Of a DNA stretch of 64,000 bases, positions 10,120 to 20,446 are shown one piece after another. The stretch's first letter is position 1. Every line of letters begins with the position of its first letter. The notes beneath the pieces were generated by a model. That model did not search any database. It had not been told where the DNA came from and was given only the letters and a program-made list of their open reading frames with translations. Origin of the DNA: Nitrospirota bacterium (GTDB lineage Bacteria > Nitrospirota > UBA9217); NCBI GenBank assembly GCA_963790205.1, contig CAWBNQ010000002.1, forward strand, positions 160,001-224,000, written 5' to 3'. The position numbers and the translations under genes were made by a program.

Positions 10120-10878
10120 CTATCCGAACAGGTTCCCGGTGGCCGTATCCTGGTCTTGCCGCTCTGTCACGGCCTTCATGATCCGGATGGCGCCGAACTG
10201 CTCGATCTGTACGGCCTTTATCACCCGCGTCTTGATCAGTTCCAGGAGGGCCAGGAACGTGCCGATCACCTGGATCTTCGAGGTGCTTCCTTCGAAGAGG
10301 TCGGCGAACAGCAGGCTGTCCACGGCCTCCAGCCGGGCCAGTATCTGCGAGATCTTCTCGGTGATGGACACGGTTTCGGCTGTGATCTCGAACCTGGCGT
10401 CGGGCACCCGCGCCATCACGTCCTTGAGCGCCGCGAGCAGGTCGAAGAGATGAAAGTCGAAGAGCAGGGGCTCGTCGTCCGCGTGAACGTCGGGCATCGC
10501 TTCGGCAGGCCGCGTGTACACCTTCGACCAGGCCTCCTCCTTGTCTTCGAGGGAGCCGGCGGCCTCCTTGAAGCTCTTGTACTCGAGGAGCCTCCGGATG
10601 AGCTCGGCCTGCGGGTCGACGCCGTCTTCATCGCCTTCGGGGTTCTCGGACGGCGGCAAGAGCATCCTGGACTTGATGTGGGTGAGCGTCGAGGCCATGA
10701 CGAGGAAATCGCCCGCGATCTCCATGTCCAGGCTCTTCATGAGATCGAGGTATTCGAGGTACTGCTGGGTGATGAGCGCGATGGGGATGGAGTAGATATC
10801 GAGTTCGTGCTTCTTGATGAGATACAGGAGAAGGTCCATGGGACCTTCGAAAATCTCGAGTTTTATCTGGTACGACAT
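10120..10878 (-). CDS. scpA: Segregation/condensation protein A (kleisin)
   Basis: FEGPMDLLLYLI..ELDI..IPIALITQQYL, DFLVMASTL..IKSRMLLP, TFLALLEL; ATG 10878 after GGAGG. Confidence 0.96.
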   Translation of the reverse strand: MSYQIKLEIFEGPMDLLLYLIKKHELDIYSIPIALITQQYLEYLDLMKSLDMEIAGDFLVMASTLTHIKSRMLLPPSENPEGDEDGVDPQAELIRRLLEYKSFKEAAGSLEDKEEAWSKVYTRPAEAMPDVHADDEPLLFDFHLFDLLAALKDVMARVPDARFEITAETVSITEKISQILARLEAVDSLLFADLFEGSTSKIQVIGTFLALLELIKTRVIKAVQIEQFGAIRIMKAVTERQDQDTATGNLFG

Positions 10879-11113
10879 GGGTGGCTTGAGCCCCTCCGTG
10901 CATGGGCCGTACGGGTCCGTGCCATGAAAAATTATTATAGGGAAATTAGCGTTATTTGCCCGAAAAGTCAAGGAAAAACGTTTTACGTTCATGGATTGTG
11001 GATTTCGGATTGTGGACCGGCGTTTTCCAGGGTTCTGTTTTTAAATCCGCATTCCGCAATCGACAATCCGCGATGGAAACAGTCTGGTATAATGAGAGTG
11101 GGGGAGAAGGAAG

Positions 11114-12094
11114 ATGGCGGCAGACAACGGCGGCTACACGGAAAAAGAACTGCTGCGCATGATCCGCAAGTGGGTGCCGCGGGAACGGGTGCCCAAACGC
11201 GTGAAGATCAAGGACACGTCGGACTTTTTCCGCGTGGACTACGACGACGTGGTCGTGCTCGGCGGCATTCCCTATTTCGTCCGGAACAACGAGCGCGAGG
11301 GCAGGTTCGGCCTCGACGACGAGCAGAAGTTCTGGGTCAAGCGCGCCAGAAATCTCCTCACCGGCGACGTGAAGATCCTGAAATGGGTTTTCAAGGAACG
11401 GTTCGAGGCCAGGATCGGGAACTTCGTGTTCGAGTGCGTACGCAGTCCGCAGAAGGAGGCGCGGATCCTCGAACTGGTGCGCGGCAGGCCGGACTTCATG
11501 CAGGGCGAGACCGTGCTCGATTCCTCGGGGAACCAGCTCCGCATCCTGGATTATATCCGGGGCAAGACGCTCGGACAGCTTACACTCGAGATGGGGAAAG
11601 ACCACGAAGATTTCTTTTACCACCATTATCCCCGGCTCCTCGATGAGTTCATCCGGATCGTCGAGTCCATCCGCTTTCTGCACGATAACAACGAGAAACA
11701 CGGCGATATTCGGCGCGACCACATCATCAAGGACGCCGCGACCGGCGAGTACCGCTGGATCGACTTCGACTTCAGCTACCGCCACGGCGAGAGCCGCTTC
11801 GGCTTCGACCTCTTCGGCCTCGGCAACGTACTGCTCTTCATCACGGGCCGGGGCGACATCACGACGCAGCGACTCCTGCATGAGAGTCCGGAGTTATTGG
11901 ACCGCCTGACCGAAGACGACGTGAACATCGTGTTCCATAACCGTGTGAACAACCTTAAAAAGATCTATCCCTACATCCCGGCGAAGCTGAACCGGGCGCT
12001 GATGCACTTCTCCCTGAGCGCGCAGGTGTACTACGAGGAAACGAAGGAACTGCTCGATGACCTCGGGGAGGCGAGGGAAGAACTGAACCGATAG
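11114..12094 (+). CDS. Protein kinase-like (Ser/Thr kinase/phosphotransferase fold) protein
   Basis: VKILK, ILDYIRG, catalytic-loop-like HGDIRRDHI, WIDFDF, DLFGLGNVL. Confidence 0.7.
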   Translation: MAADNGGYTEKELLRMIRKWVPRERVPKRVKIKDTSDFFRVDYDDVVVLGGIPYFVRNNEREGRFGLDDEQKFWVKRARNLLTGDVKILKWVFKERFEARIGNFVFECVRSPQKEARILELVRGRPDFMQGETVLDSSGNQLRILDYIRGKTLGQLTLEMGKDHEDFFYHHYPRLLDEFIRIVESIRFLHDNNEKHGDIRRDHIIKDAATGEYRWIDFDFSYRHGESRFGFDLFGLGNVLLFITGRGDITTQRLLHESPELLDRLTEDDVNIVFHNRVNNLKKIYPYIPAKLNRALMHFSLSAQVYYEETKELLDDLGEAREELNR

Positions 12095-12198
12095 CAGACA
12101 GAGTGACGGGGCGAATGGGCGACCAGGAGACAGGTCAATTCGCCCCTTCACCAAGTCCCTACGTCGCCGCGTCATGCATTCCAGAAAGGAGTTTAACC

Positions 12199-12672
12199 TT
12201 GAAGCCCGAAGACACCCCCCTGAAGGACAAGCATCTCCTGATTGCCGTCGACGAATCGGACAGCTCACGCCGCGCCGTGCTGTATGTGGCCGATTTACTC
12301 GGCGGGTTTCCCGGATTCACCGTAACGCTCATGAGGATTGTTCCCGAGCCCGAGGAGGACTTCTTCGACAGCAACGACGAGTTGAACTCCTGGATCAAGG
12401 GACAGATCGACAAATCGAACACGATGCTCGAGAACTACCGCCAAGTCCTGATCCAGTCCGGCTTCCCCGAGGACAAGGTCCGCTACCGCGCCTGCGTGGG
12501 CGAGGCCAAGTCGTTCGCCGAAGCCATCCTCGAGACCCGCTGCGATCTCACCTGCTGCACCGTGGTCGTCGGCCGCCACCATCACTCCAAGGCCGAAGAG
12601 TTCCTTTTCGGCAGCACATCGAGCAAGCTCATCCATGAGGCCAAGAACTGCGCAATATGGGTCGTGGAGTAA
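12199..12672 (+). CDS. Universal stress protein
   Basis: HLLIAVDESDSSRRAV.Y, VVVGR..EFLFGSTSSKLI..AKNCAIWVV; probable TTG start at 12199 after AAGGAG. Confidence 0.9.
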   Translation: MKPEDTPLKDKHLLIAVDESDSSRRAVLYVADLLGGFPGFTVTLMRIVPEPEEDFFDSNDELNSWIKGQIDKSNTMLENYRQVLIQSGFPEDKVRYRACVGEAKSFAEAILETRCDLTCCTVVVGRHHHSKAEEFLFGSTSSKLIHEAKNCAIWVVE

Positions 12673-12977
12673 ATCGGCTTACGGCTTGGGGCGGGACCCG
12701 TAGAACAGAACGATCCGTCCTTCCCGAGAAGTATGGGGTAATCTGGTAAATGGAACTATTCTTCTTTTACTCTTTATCTTATTGTTCAATTCCATTATAC
12801 TTTCCGTAAACGATCCATGCATCTCTCCCGGAGATGCCCGGCGATGATATGCTTAACCGGATTTTCAGGATGTTCATTACCCTGAATGGTATGGACAGTT
12901 GCTCGACGGGTTCAGGATGTACGCAAGGATATGAACATGGTCAAATCGCATCAACGCCGCACTCGGAGGAAACTACC

Positions 12978-13556
12978 ATGAAATCCTTCAGAAGCCTGTT
13001 CCCCAGGGAGGACCGCGTCTGCCCTTGGTGGCTGGCGTATTCGTTCGACAATCCTCTTCGCCGTTTCCTGCACGATCCCCAGGCCCTCCTCGGTCCTTTT
13101 GTCAGGGAAGGGATGACGGTCGCTGATATCGGATGCGGCATGGGATTTTTTTCGATCGCTATGGCGAGGATGGCGGGCGACAAAGGGACCGTTATTGCCG
13201 TGGACCTTCAGCAGGAGATGCTCGATAGAATGCAGAAGCGGGCGGAGAAGGCCGGCGTCGCCTCCCAAATCCGCTCTGTTCTTGGAACAGAGGAAGATAT
13301 CGGTATCAAAGAACCGGTTGATTTCGTCCTGGCCTTCTGGATGGTTCACGAAGTGCCCGACATCCCGCAGTTTTTATCGCAGGTCAAGTCCGTCCTGAAG
13401 GGGTCTGGGAAATTTCTTATCGCTGAACCCAGGATGCACGTTCCGAATCGCAAGTTTCAGGAGACTCTCGAATATGCCCGGTCAGCGGGCTTTCAGATCA
13501 GTGCCGCGCCGGGCATCAGGATCAGCCGGGCTGTGATCTTGTCGAGGAATATTTAA
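12978..13556 (+). CDS. Class I SAM-dependent methyltransferase
   Basis: VADIGCGMGFF, VIAVDLQQEML, FWMVHEV; ATG after GGAGG. Confidence 0.9.
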   Translation: MKSFRSLFPREDRVCPWWLAYSFDNPLRRFLHDPQALLGPFVREGMTVADIGCGMGFFSIAMARMAGDKGTVIAVDLQQEMLDRMQKRAEKAGVASQIRSVLGTEEDIGIKEPVDFVLAFWMVHEVPDIPQFLSQVKSVLKGSGKFLIAEPRMHVPNRKFQETLEYARSAGFQISAAPGIRISRAVILSRNI

Positions 13557-13698
13557 CGAAGCGTAGTTGTCAGCGTGCGTCAGCTTGGGTTTTGCTGTAC
13601 GAGCGGCACCGCAGGATCGTTTTGCAAACGACCCTTGGACCCGTTGCAGTCCCCGTAGGGACCGCAACGGCGTGACCTTACGGGAGGCCGAAGAGCTT

Positions 13699-15228
13699 AT
13701 GGAAATCCATCGCGTAAAGGAAAAGCGGACCAATCAGAGGCTCGCCATCGGGGTCGGCATCCTCGGTCTCGGGGCGGCTGCCGCGCTTTGTGTCCTCTTT
13801 TATATCGTGATGCTGACAAATCCGGGAATGCTCCTCGGCCTCCTGCCGGGTCCGTCCAGGACCACGACTGTCAGGTCCGACGGCAACCGGATTTATCTTT
13901 TTTCCAGCAAACTTGACATGAGCACGGTTTCCTTTAAAGAGAAACGGGAGGCAGAGGAAAAGACCTACTTCGCTGTTTTAGAGGGAACGGACCTTTCGAA
14001 GCCGCGAGAAATCCCGGCGTTCGTAACTGCGGGCGGCTGGGACGGCCGGATCGTCCTTTTCAATGACGGGGGATACCGCTCTTTTGACGGCACCCGCTGG
14101 ACTGACGTGCGGACGGCCGGCATCGGGAATGGTCCAAAGGGGATCGCAACGCCCCAGGGATTGTACGTCATGAGCAGGTTTGCCGATGGGCTGCACATTA
14201 CCCGGGTCCGGGACGACTCGTCAATAGACATCCCTCTTCCGGAGGAGTTTCTCCGCTCCGGCCCCGACTATGCGTTCCCCTTCTCAGAACTGGTCTGGTA
14301 CCAGGGACAGCTTTGTTTATTCTGGTCAACGAACGACTCCATCAATTGGACGTGCTGGAACGGCGCGGCGTGGGCGCCGGCCGCCGCGTCGCCCTTCTCC
14401 GGAGCATTTCAGGTTACTGCAGACGAGAAGCGGCTGTATTTCATTCACCAGGAAGATGCGGGCCCTCAACGTACGCTCAGCTGCTATGTGTTCGAGAACA
14501 ACGCATGGAGCGGCCCCTCTATCCTCCCCGTGCAGCACGGCTTCAATGACTGGGGAGTATTCGTACACCGGGGGAAACCCCTGCTCTTCGTACGGCGTTC
14601 TTTTTTCCAGACGCTCTACACGATCGAGAAAGGGACCCTTGCAAACCCGATCCGCCTCATAGACACGTTTCATCCGCTGCGTATCGCGGAAAGAATGGCC
14701 CTTATCGCGTTTTTCGCAAGCCTGGCGCTCCTCGTGTTCATCTTTGGCGTCTCGGCGCTCATCGGGACAAACAAGAACCGAAGCTGGCGGCAGGACAAGG
14801 AGCACTATGAGTTTGCCAGCCTGTTCAGGAGGTCCCTCGCGTATTTTATTGACACACTGGTCATCCTCATTCCGGCAGCACTCGTGATCGCGTGGTTTAT
14901 TGCCATGGAGGAAATCCCCTGGAACCCCTTTCAGTTCATGCTCATGGTCCTGTTTACCGCGGCATGGTATCTGCTCGGCGGCTTCCTGTATCATACTCTG
15001 CTCGAAGGCCTGTTCGGTGCGACCCTGGGAAAGAAGATCTGCGATATTAGAGTGCTCAAGGCGGATTTCACCCCCTGCGGGATCGGCGCCGGGTTTCTCC
15101 GGAACCTGCTGCGGATCGTCGATAGTTTCCTTTATTATCTGGTGGGTGCAATTGCCCTGGCAGGAACGCTCAAGTGGCAGCGTCTCGGCGATAGGGCAGC
15201 CGGGACCGTCGTCGTGCGGCAGAAATGA
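13699..15228 (+). CDS. Membrane protein with extracytoplasmic beta-rich domain and C-terminal RDD domain
   Basis: C-terminal RRSLAYFID..GATLGKKICDIRV..RNLLRIVD..QRLGDRAAGTVVV is the RDD signature; N-terminal TM. Confidence 0.8.
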   Translation: MEIHRVKEKRTNQRLAIGVGILGLGAAAALCVLFYIVMLTNPGMLLGLLPGPSRTTTVRSDGNRIYLFSSKLDMSTVSFKEKREAEEKTYFAVLEGTDLSKPREIPAFVTAGGWDGRIVLFNDGGYRSFDGTRWTDVRTAGIGNGPKGIATPQGLYVMSRFADGLHITRVRDDSSIDIPLPEEFLRSGPDYAFPFSELVWYQGQLCLFWSTNDSINWTCWNGAAWAPAAASPFSGAFQVTADEKRLYFIHQEDAGPQRTLSCYVFENNAWSGPSILPVQHGFNDWGVFVHRGKPLLFVRRSFFQTLYTIEKGTLANPIRLIDTFHPLRIAERMALIAFFASLALLVFIFGVSALIGTNKNRSWRQDKEHYEFASLFRRSLAYFIDTLVILIPAALVIAWFIAMEEIPWNPFQFMLMVLFTAAWYLLGGFLYHTLLEGLFGATLGKKICDIRVLKADFTPCGIGAGFLRNLLRIVDSFLYYLVGAIALAGTLKWQRLGDRAAGTVVVRQK

Positions 15229-15689
15229 CACGGAGGGGGCTGAGGCTCACTGTCCACACAGGAAAGAGATGATTTGTGAAGAAAGAAGCATCGGATGGAA
15301 AAGCATGAACAACCGAAGAGACTGCTCGTTATTCTAGCCATTCTCGCGTCAATCTATCTCTTGAACGATCTTCTCTTCATGCGGGCGGCGGCCCTCTGGG
15401 GGCCTCCCGATGCTGGCGATGATCAGGGCCGGGTCGGCGGTGCGGTACCGGCCATGATCGTTCACTCTATTACAGACCTGGACCTGGTGAGCCTAGGGGG
15501 TTCGCTCCCGTGACCTGGTTCAAGTTTATGAAGTAAAAACCAGACCAAACCGCTCCTCGCGGGCCTCATTCGTAAATTCGGGAGGAGCTAAAGACAGGCC
15601 GCTGGCGCGGGGTTCCCAAGCCCTGCTCTCTTTCAGCCTTGTTTCATGCCCTCTTCAGAGCTAAAAATTATTACACCCGCGTGAAATTT

Positions 15690-15743
15690 GGACTAAATAT
15701 GGTATAAGTTTTGGCTTGACAACACAACATGTTGTGTTATACT
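15690..15743 (+). promoter_or_regulatory. Tandem NrdR boxes overlapping the sigma70 promoter of nrdJ
   Basis: ACACAACATGTTGTGT (15722-15737) and GGACTAAATATGGTAT (15690-15705), 32 bp apart, match acaCwAtATaTwGtgt; TTGACA 15716-15721 and TATACT 15738-15743 flank the downstream box. Confidence 0.85.
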
Positions 15744-15946
15744 TCACAACAGTTTGCGAATTAATTCATAAGCCTTGCAGCACCCGTTTCAACCCGCATT
15801 ACCTTGTTTGTCTTCAAAACTGAACACCCAAAAACGCGACAGGCGGTAAATCAGACATGATGCGGTGTTTGTGTTTTACGAATAACTTCTCAGTCGTAAC
15901 ATTCTGTTCTTCCGATCGGAAGAACAGAGAGCGATAAGGAGTACTG

Positions 15947-15981
15947 AAATCAGGGCGAGGACCTCGCCCTGATTTTGTTTT
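15947..15981 (+). terminator. Intrinsic terminator-like hairpin in nrdJ leader
   Basis: AAATCAGGGCGAGG-A-CCTCGCCCTGATTT followed by TGTTTT. Confidence 0.5.
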
Positions 15982-16014
15982 CATCTCAATCTTATTATAC
16001 AGGAGGGGGTTTTT

Positions 16015-18369
16015 ATGAAGAGCGCGGCTTCCGTCTCTGCTTCAGCATCCGGCAAGGGTCTCAACCTGAACGAAAATAGCCTCAAGGTCCTCGAAAAACG
16101 CTACCTCAAGCGCAATGAGGACGGGACCGTCATCGAGACGGCAGTGGACATGTTCACGCGCGTGGCCCGGACCATTGCCGAGGGCGACCGCGCCTACGGC
16201 AAGTCCGCCGCCGACGTGGAGCGGATTGCGACCGAGTTCTACCGCCTCATGACCTCCCTCGAATTCCTGCCGAACAGCCCCACGCTCATGAACGCAGGGC
16301 GCGAGCTCGGCCAGCTCTCGGCCTGCTTCGTGCTGCCCGTGGGCGATTCCATGGACGAGATCTTTGAGTCCGTGAAGCACGCCGCGCTCATCCACAAGTC
16401 CGGCGGCGGCACGGGCTTCTCCTTCTCGCGCATCCGTCCGAAGAACGACGTGGTGAAGTCTACCAAGGGTGTCTCCTCCGGTCCCATCTCGTTCATGACC
16501 GTGTTCGACGCGGCCACCGAGACGGTGAAGCAGGGTGGCACGCGCCGCGGCGCCAACATGGGCATCCTCTCGGTGGACCACCCGGATGTCCTCGATTTCG
16601 TCACCTGCAAGCAGCAGAACGACCGGCTCAACAACTTCAACATCTCCGTGGCCATGACCGATCCCTTCATGGATGCGGTGGAGAAGGACGGCGAGTACGA
16701 CCTCGTCTCCCCCCGCAACAAGGGCGTGGTGAAGCGGCTCCAGGCCCGCAAGGTCTTCGACACCATCGTGAACATGGCCTGGAAGAACGGCGATCCCGGC
16801 ATCATTTTCCTGGACCGCATCAATCAGTACAATCCTACGCCGCACGTGGGCAAGGTGGAATCCACGAACCCCTGCGGAGAGCAGCCGCTGCTCCCGTACG
16901 AGTCCTGCAACCTGGGCTCGATCAACCTCGCGAGAATGGTCGCACAGCACGGAAAAGCGGTCGATTTCGACAAACTCCGCCACACGGTGCGGCAGGCGGT
17001 CCACTTCCTCGATAACGTGATCGACGTGAACCGCTATCCCATCGACAAGATCCGCGAGATGACCCGGGCGAACCGCAAGATCGGCCTTGGCGTCATGGGC
17101 TTCGCCGACATGCTCCTTGAGATGGGCATACCATACAGCTCGGACGAAGCGGTCAAGCTCGGCGAAAAGGTCATGAAGTTCATCAGCGATGAAGGCCGCA
17201 CCATGAGCGAGGAACTGGCCAGGGAGCGCGGGGCCTTTCCGAACTTCAAGGGCAGCATCTACGACAAACCGGGCCAAGCGCCGGTCAGGAACGCCACGGT
17301 GACGACGATCGCGCCGACTGGGACCCTTTCCATTATCGCCGGCTGTTCCTCCGGCATCGAGCCGCTTTTCGGGCTCACCTTCATCCGGAGGGTCATGGAC
17401 GGCGCGGAACTCCTTGAAGTGAACCCCGTGTTCGAGCGGGTGGCGAAGGAGCGGGGGTTCTATTCCGACGAACTCATGAAGGAGATCGCCGAGCACGGCG
17501 GCTGCACGAACGTTGCGACCGTGCCCGAGGCCGTGCAGAAGGTCTTCGTCACGGCCCATGACATTACGCCCGAGTGGCACATCCGCATGCAGGCCGCGTT
17601 CCAGAAGTACACCGACAACGCGGTGTCCAAGACCGTGAACTTCCCGCACGACGCCACACAGAAGGACGTCGAGAAGGTGTATTTGCTGGCCTACAAACTC
17701 GGCTGCAAGGGCGTGACGATTTACCGGGACGGCTCCCGCGACGAGCAGGTGCTCAGTACGGGCGCCACGGAAAAGGCGCGCAAGGCCGCGGGCCAGCACG
17801 TGACCGTCGCCTCCGCCTCGCCCGAGCTGGCCGAGGAGAAGAAGCCGCGCCACCGGCCGCTCCTTACCCAGGGCGTCACCCAGAAAATCCCCACGGGCTG
17901 CGGCAATCTCTATATTACGATCAACGAGGACGAAGAAGGCATCTGCGAGGTCTTCTCGACCATGGGCAAGTCCGGCGGGTGCGCCGCCAGCCAGTCCGAG
18001 GCCGTCTCCCGCATGGTGTCCCTTGCGCTCCGGTCCGGCGTATCGATCGACTCTATCATCAAGCAGGTGAAAGGCATCCGTTGTCCCTCGCCGGCCTGGG
18101 GAGAAGGCGGCTCCATCCTGTCCTGCCCCGACGCCATCGGCCGGGCGCTCGAGCGCTACATGAAAGAGGGCGTGAACCATCGCTACCAGAAGCCCAAGAC
18201 CGCTGCTGCTCCGCAGGCGACAGTCGGCTACGCTTCATCCGATTGCACTCAGGGCGGCAACAAGAACCACCTCGGTCTCTGCCCCGAATGCCCGGATTGC
18301 GGCGGTCTCCTGGAGTTCGGCGAAGGCTGCGCCTTCTGCCGGGGTTGCGGGTTCTCGAAGTGCGGGTAA
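16015..18369 (+). CDS. nrdJ: Vitamin B12-dependent class II ribonucleotide reductase with C-terminal TSCPD/Zn-ribbon domain
   Basis: [73 protein letters not shown], terminal CPDC..CRGCG. Confidence 0.96.
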   Translation: MKSAASVSASASGKGLNLNENSLKVLEKRYLKRNEDGTVIETAVDMFTRVARTIAEGDRAYGKSAADVERIATEFYRLMTSLEFLPNSPTLMNAGRELGQLSACFVLPVGDSMDEIFESVKHAALIHKSGGGTGFSFSRIRPKNDVVKSTKGVSSGPISFMTVFDAATETVKQGGTRRGANMGILSVDHPDVLDFVTCKQQNDRLNNFNISVAMTDPFMDAVEKDGEYDLVSPRNKGVVKRLQARKVFDTIVNMAWKNGDPGIIFLDRINQYNPTPHVGKVESTNPCGEQPLLPYESCNLGSINLARMVAQHGKAVDFDKLRHTVRQAVHFLDNVIDVNRYPIDKIREMTRANRKIGLGVMGFADMLLEMGIPYSSDEAVKLGEKVMKFISDEGRTMSEELARERGAFPNFKGSIYDKPGQAPVRNATVTTIAPTGTLSIIAGCSSGIEPLFGLTFIRRVMDGAELLEVNPVFERVAKERGFYSDELMKEIAEHGGCTNVATVPEAVQKVFVTAHDITPEWHIRMQAAFQKYTDNAVSKTVNFPHDATQKDVEKVYLLAYKLGCKGVTIYRDGSRDEQVLSTGATEKARKAAGQHVTVASASPELAEEKKPRHRPLLTQGVTQKIPTGCGNLYITINEDEEGICEVFSTMGKSGGCAASQSEAVSRMVSLALRSGVSIDSIIKQVKGIRCPSPAWGEGGSILSCPDAIGRALERYMKEGVNHRYQKPKTAAAPQATVGYASSDCTQGGNKNHLGLCPECPDCGGLLEFGEGCAFCRGCGFSKCG

Positions 18370-18520
18370 TTGCAATGCGGATAACCCCTCGCTTCTGATG
18401 GGGAGGGGGAATAAAAGTCCTCATTTTCGATAGTAATGACCTGGTTTCGATAGCATACCGGAGGCAGCGTGAGACAGCATCCCGTATCATCGCAGGACAA
18501 TCTGAGACCGTCTGAATAAC

Positions 18521-18552
18521 AAAAACCGGGAGTTTTTTCTCCCGGTTTTTTT
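18521..18552 (+). terminator. Rho-independent terminator after nrdJ
   Basis: AAAAACCGGGAG-TTTTTT-CTCCCGGTTTTTTT. Confidence 0.8.
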
Positions 18553-18625
18553 GCAGGTGTAAAGGCTGACTTGTCAGCCAGGCCACCTATTTTGCACTAA
18601 CTTTCTGTATTTAAAGGAGATTTTA

Positions 18626-18817
18626 ATGAAGCTTGAGGAGGTCATTTACGAACTTTACCGGCTTGCCGAAACCAGGCAGTGGGATGGCAAAGCAACGGAC
18701 GAAGCCCTTGCCTCTGCTATCGAGGGTATGGAGAAGATATGGGAGGTACAGCAGGCGGACAGGAGAAAGAGCGCCATGGTCAAAGCGAACAAGAAACAGC
18801 CGAGAATGTGGTCTTAA
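18626..18817 (+). CDS. Small hypothetical protein (63 aa)
   Basis: Strong RBS AAAGGAGA before ATG; helical composition. Confidence 0.6.
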   Translation: MKLEEVIYELYRLAETRQWDGKATDEALASAIEGMEKIWEVQQADRRKSAMVKANKKQPRMWS

Positions 18818-19006
18818 TCGCTGAACCGGCATAAAAAAAACTTGACATTTGATTGATATGATTCTAAATTAATTTCTAAGAGCATTGCCGCACGACAGAA
18901 TCGTGCGATTCTCGAAGTATTCTAAAAGCGCAGCTCAACAGAGTCGGTGTACGGCCATGAAGCCCGGAAAACGGGTTATCAGCTTAACCTAAGGAGGGGG
19001 ACGCGT

Positions 19007-19357
19007 ATGGGTATTGAGAGGATCATGCAGTATGAGTGCAGGGTCTGCGGCAGGAAGATAGATGTGACCAGGACCGGCGATGTGTATGAGGAGCCGGTGT
19101 ATTGCTGCGGTCTGGAGGCCACAGAGGCCAGAGTACCGGCGGTGCCCGCTGCGCCTGCGGCAAAGAGGCCTGTAAAGAAAAAGGCTAAGAAGGCCGCTAG
19201 GAGGAAACCTGCTAAAAAGAAGGCCAAAAAGGCAGTAAAGAAAAAGGCAGGAAAGAAAGCTGCAAAGAAGAAGGCGGCCGGGAAAAAAGCGACTAAAAAG
19301 AAAGCGACCAGAAAAAAGGCTACCGGAAAAAAGAAAGCCGCGAAAAAGAGACGATAA
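19007..19357 (+). CDS. Desulforedoxin-like CxxC...CC knuckle fused to Lys/Ala-rich histone H1-like tail
   Basis: YECRVCG...VYCCG then PAKKKAKK-type repeats; RBS AAGGAGG; promoter TTGACA 18842-18847 / TAAATT 18865-18870. Confidence 0.75.
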   Translation: MGIERIMQYECRVCGRKIDVTRTGDVYEEPVYCCGLEATEARVPAVPAAPAAKRPVKKKAKKAARRKPAKKKAKKAVKKKAGKKAAKKKAAGKKATKKKATRKKATGKKKAAKKRR

Positions 19358-19382
19358 TTTTCGTCAAGACAGGCATAACGTT

Positions 19383-19416
19383 AAGGCACCCGGATATGCA
19401 CCGGGTGCCTTTTTTG
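19383..19416 (+). terminator. Rho-independent terminator
   Basis: AAGGCACCCGG-ATATGCA-CCGGGTGCCTT followed by a T run. Confidence 0.8.
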
Positions 19417-19474
19417 TTGCAAGGGTATTCATAAAACTGTTGACGAAGGGACTGCCAAACCGTAGGATTTACGC

Positions 19475-20257
19475 ATGCGAACCGATGCCTACCATGAACG
19501 ACGCATCCGGCGACTTGTGGGCCGGGCCATCAGCGACTTCGGGCTGATCGAAAACCGGGACCGGATACTTGTTGCGCTGTCGGGCGGCAAGGACAGCTGG
19601 ACGCTGCTCCATATGCTGGAAAGCCTGAGACAACGGGCGCCTGTCCGGTTCTCGCTGGTCCCGGTGACCGTGCACCCGGGGTTTCCCGGTTTTGAGACCG
19701 GGCTGATGGAGGCGTATCTTCGTACGCGGGCCCCTGAATACCGCATCGTACGCGCGCCCATCCACGAGACCATGATCGAGAAACTTGCGCCCGACGATAC
19801 GCCTTGTTCCCTCTGCGCCCGGATCCGCCGCGGCGTGCTGTACACCCAGGCAGTTGAACTCGGCTGCACGAAGATCGCCCTCGGTCATCACCGTGAGGAT
19901 TTCATCGAGACGCTTCTGCTCAATCAATTTTATAACGGCAAGATCAAGGCCATGACGCCGCGCCTCACAGCCGATGACGGCCGGAACGTGGTGATCCGCC
20001 CGCTCGTCTATGTGGCCGAGGAAAATATCGTCCGGTTCGCCTCCGCTGCGGGTTTCCCCGTCACCTGCTGCGCCTGCCCCTCCTGCGGTGATCCGGACAT
20101 GAAGCGCGTGAGGATAAAAAAGCTTCTCGCCGGCCTCGAGCGAGACCAGCCGGGCATAAAATCGAGCCTGCTTGCGGCGCTCTCCGACGTGGACCGGCGG
20201 CATCTGCCGTTAAAAACGGCGAAAAATATAGTATGTCGCGCGGGAAGTGACTCATGA
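19475..20257 (+). CDS. ttcA: tRNA 2-thiocytidine(32) synthetase
   Basis: PP-loop SGGKDS, PCSLCARIRRG.LY, IALGHH..D..ET.LLN, VIRPL, CxCPxC. Confidence 0.92.
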   Translation: MRTDAYHERRIRRLVGRAISDFGLIENRDRILVALSGGKDSWTLLHMLESLRQRAPVRFSLVPVTVHPGFPGFETGLMEAYLRTRAPEYRIVRAPIHETMIEKLAPDDTPCSLCARIRRGVLYTQAVELGCTKIALGHHREDFIETLLLNQFYNGKIKAMTPRLTADDGRNVVIRPLVYVAEENIVRFASAAGFPVTCCACPSCGDPDMKRVRIKKLLAGLERDQPGIKSSLLAALSDVDRRHLPLKTAKNIVCRAGSDS

Positions 20258-20446
20258 TGGAGGGGATGCCGGCGGATATCGGCGTACGGCGCGAAAAGGC
20301 GTTGGCGCGCCCATGACGAGGTATAGTATAATTGAACAAGCTCAGGATGTCCTGCACCCGGACTTCAAACTGATTGACAGCGTTTGCATGTATGGCTTAT
20401 AATTCGAGCTGGTGCGCAAACGGAACGGGCGTCGCGAGCGGGGGAG

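Noticed and set aside
15295..15513. 72-aa ORF after the RDD gene
   Set aside because: One hydrophobic stretch but no recognisable family or good RBS; cannot be supported.
15857..15937. 26-aa ORF in the nrdJ leader as a leader peptide
   Set aside because: No RBS and no informative codon run.
15744..16014. Cobalamin riboswitch upstream of nrdJ
   Set aside because: B12-box and other conserved motifs not found by eye.
16042..18180. Long antisense ORFs (712 aa here; also 933-1949, 2260-3498, 4696-5988, 10156-11646, 24872-25582)
   Set aside because: Shadow frames of well-supported genes in GC-rich DNA; no motifs or RBS.
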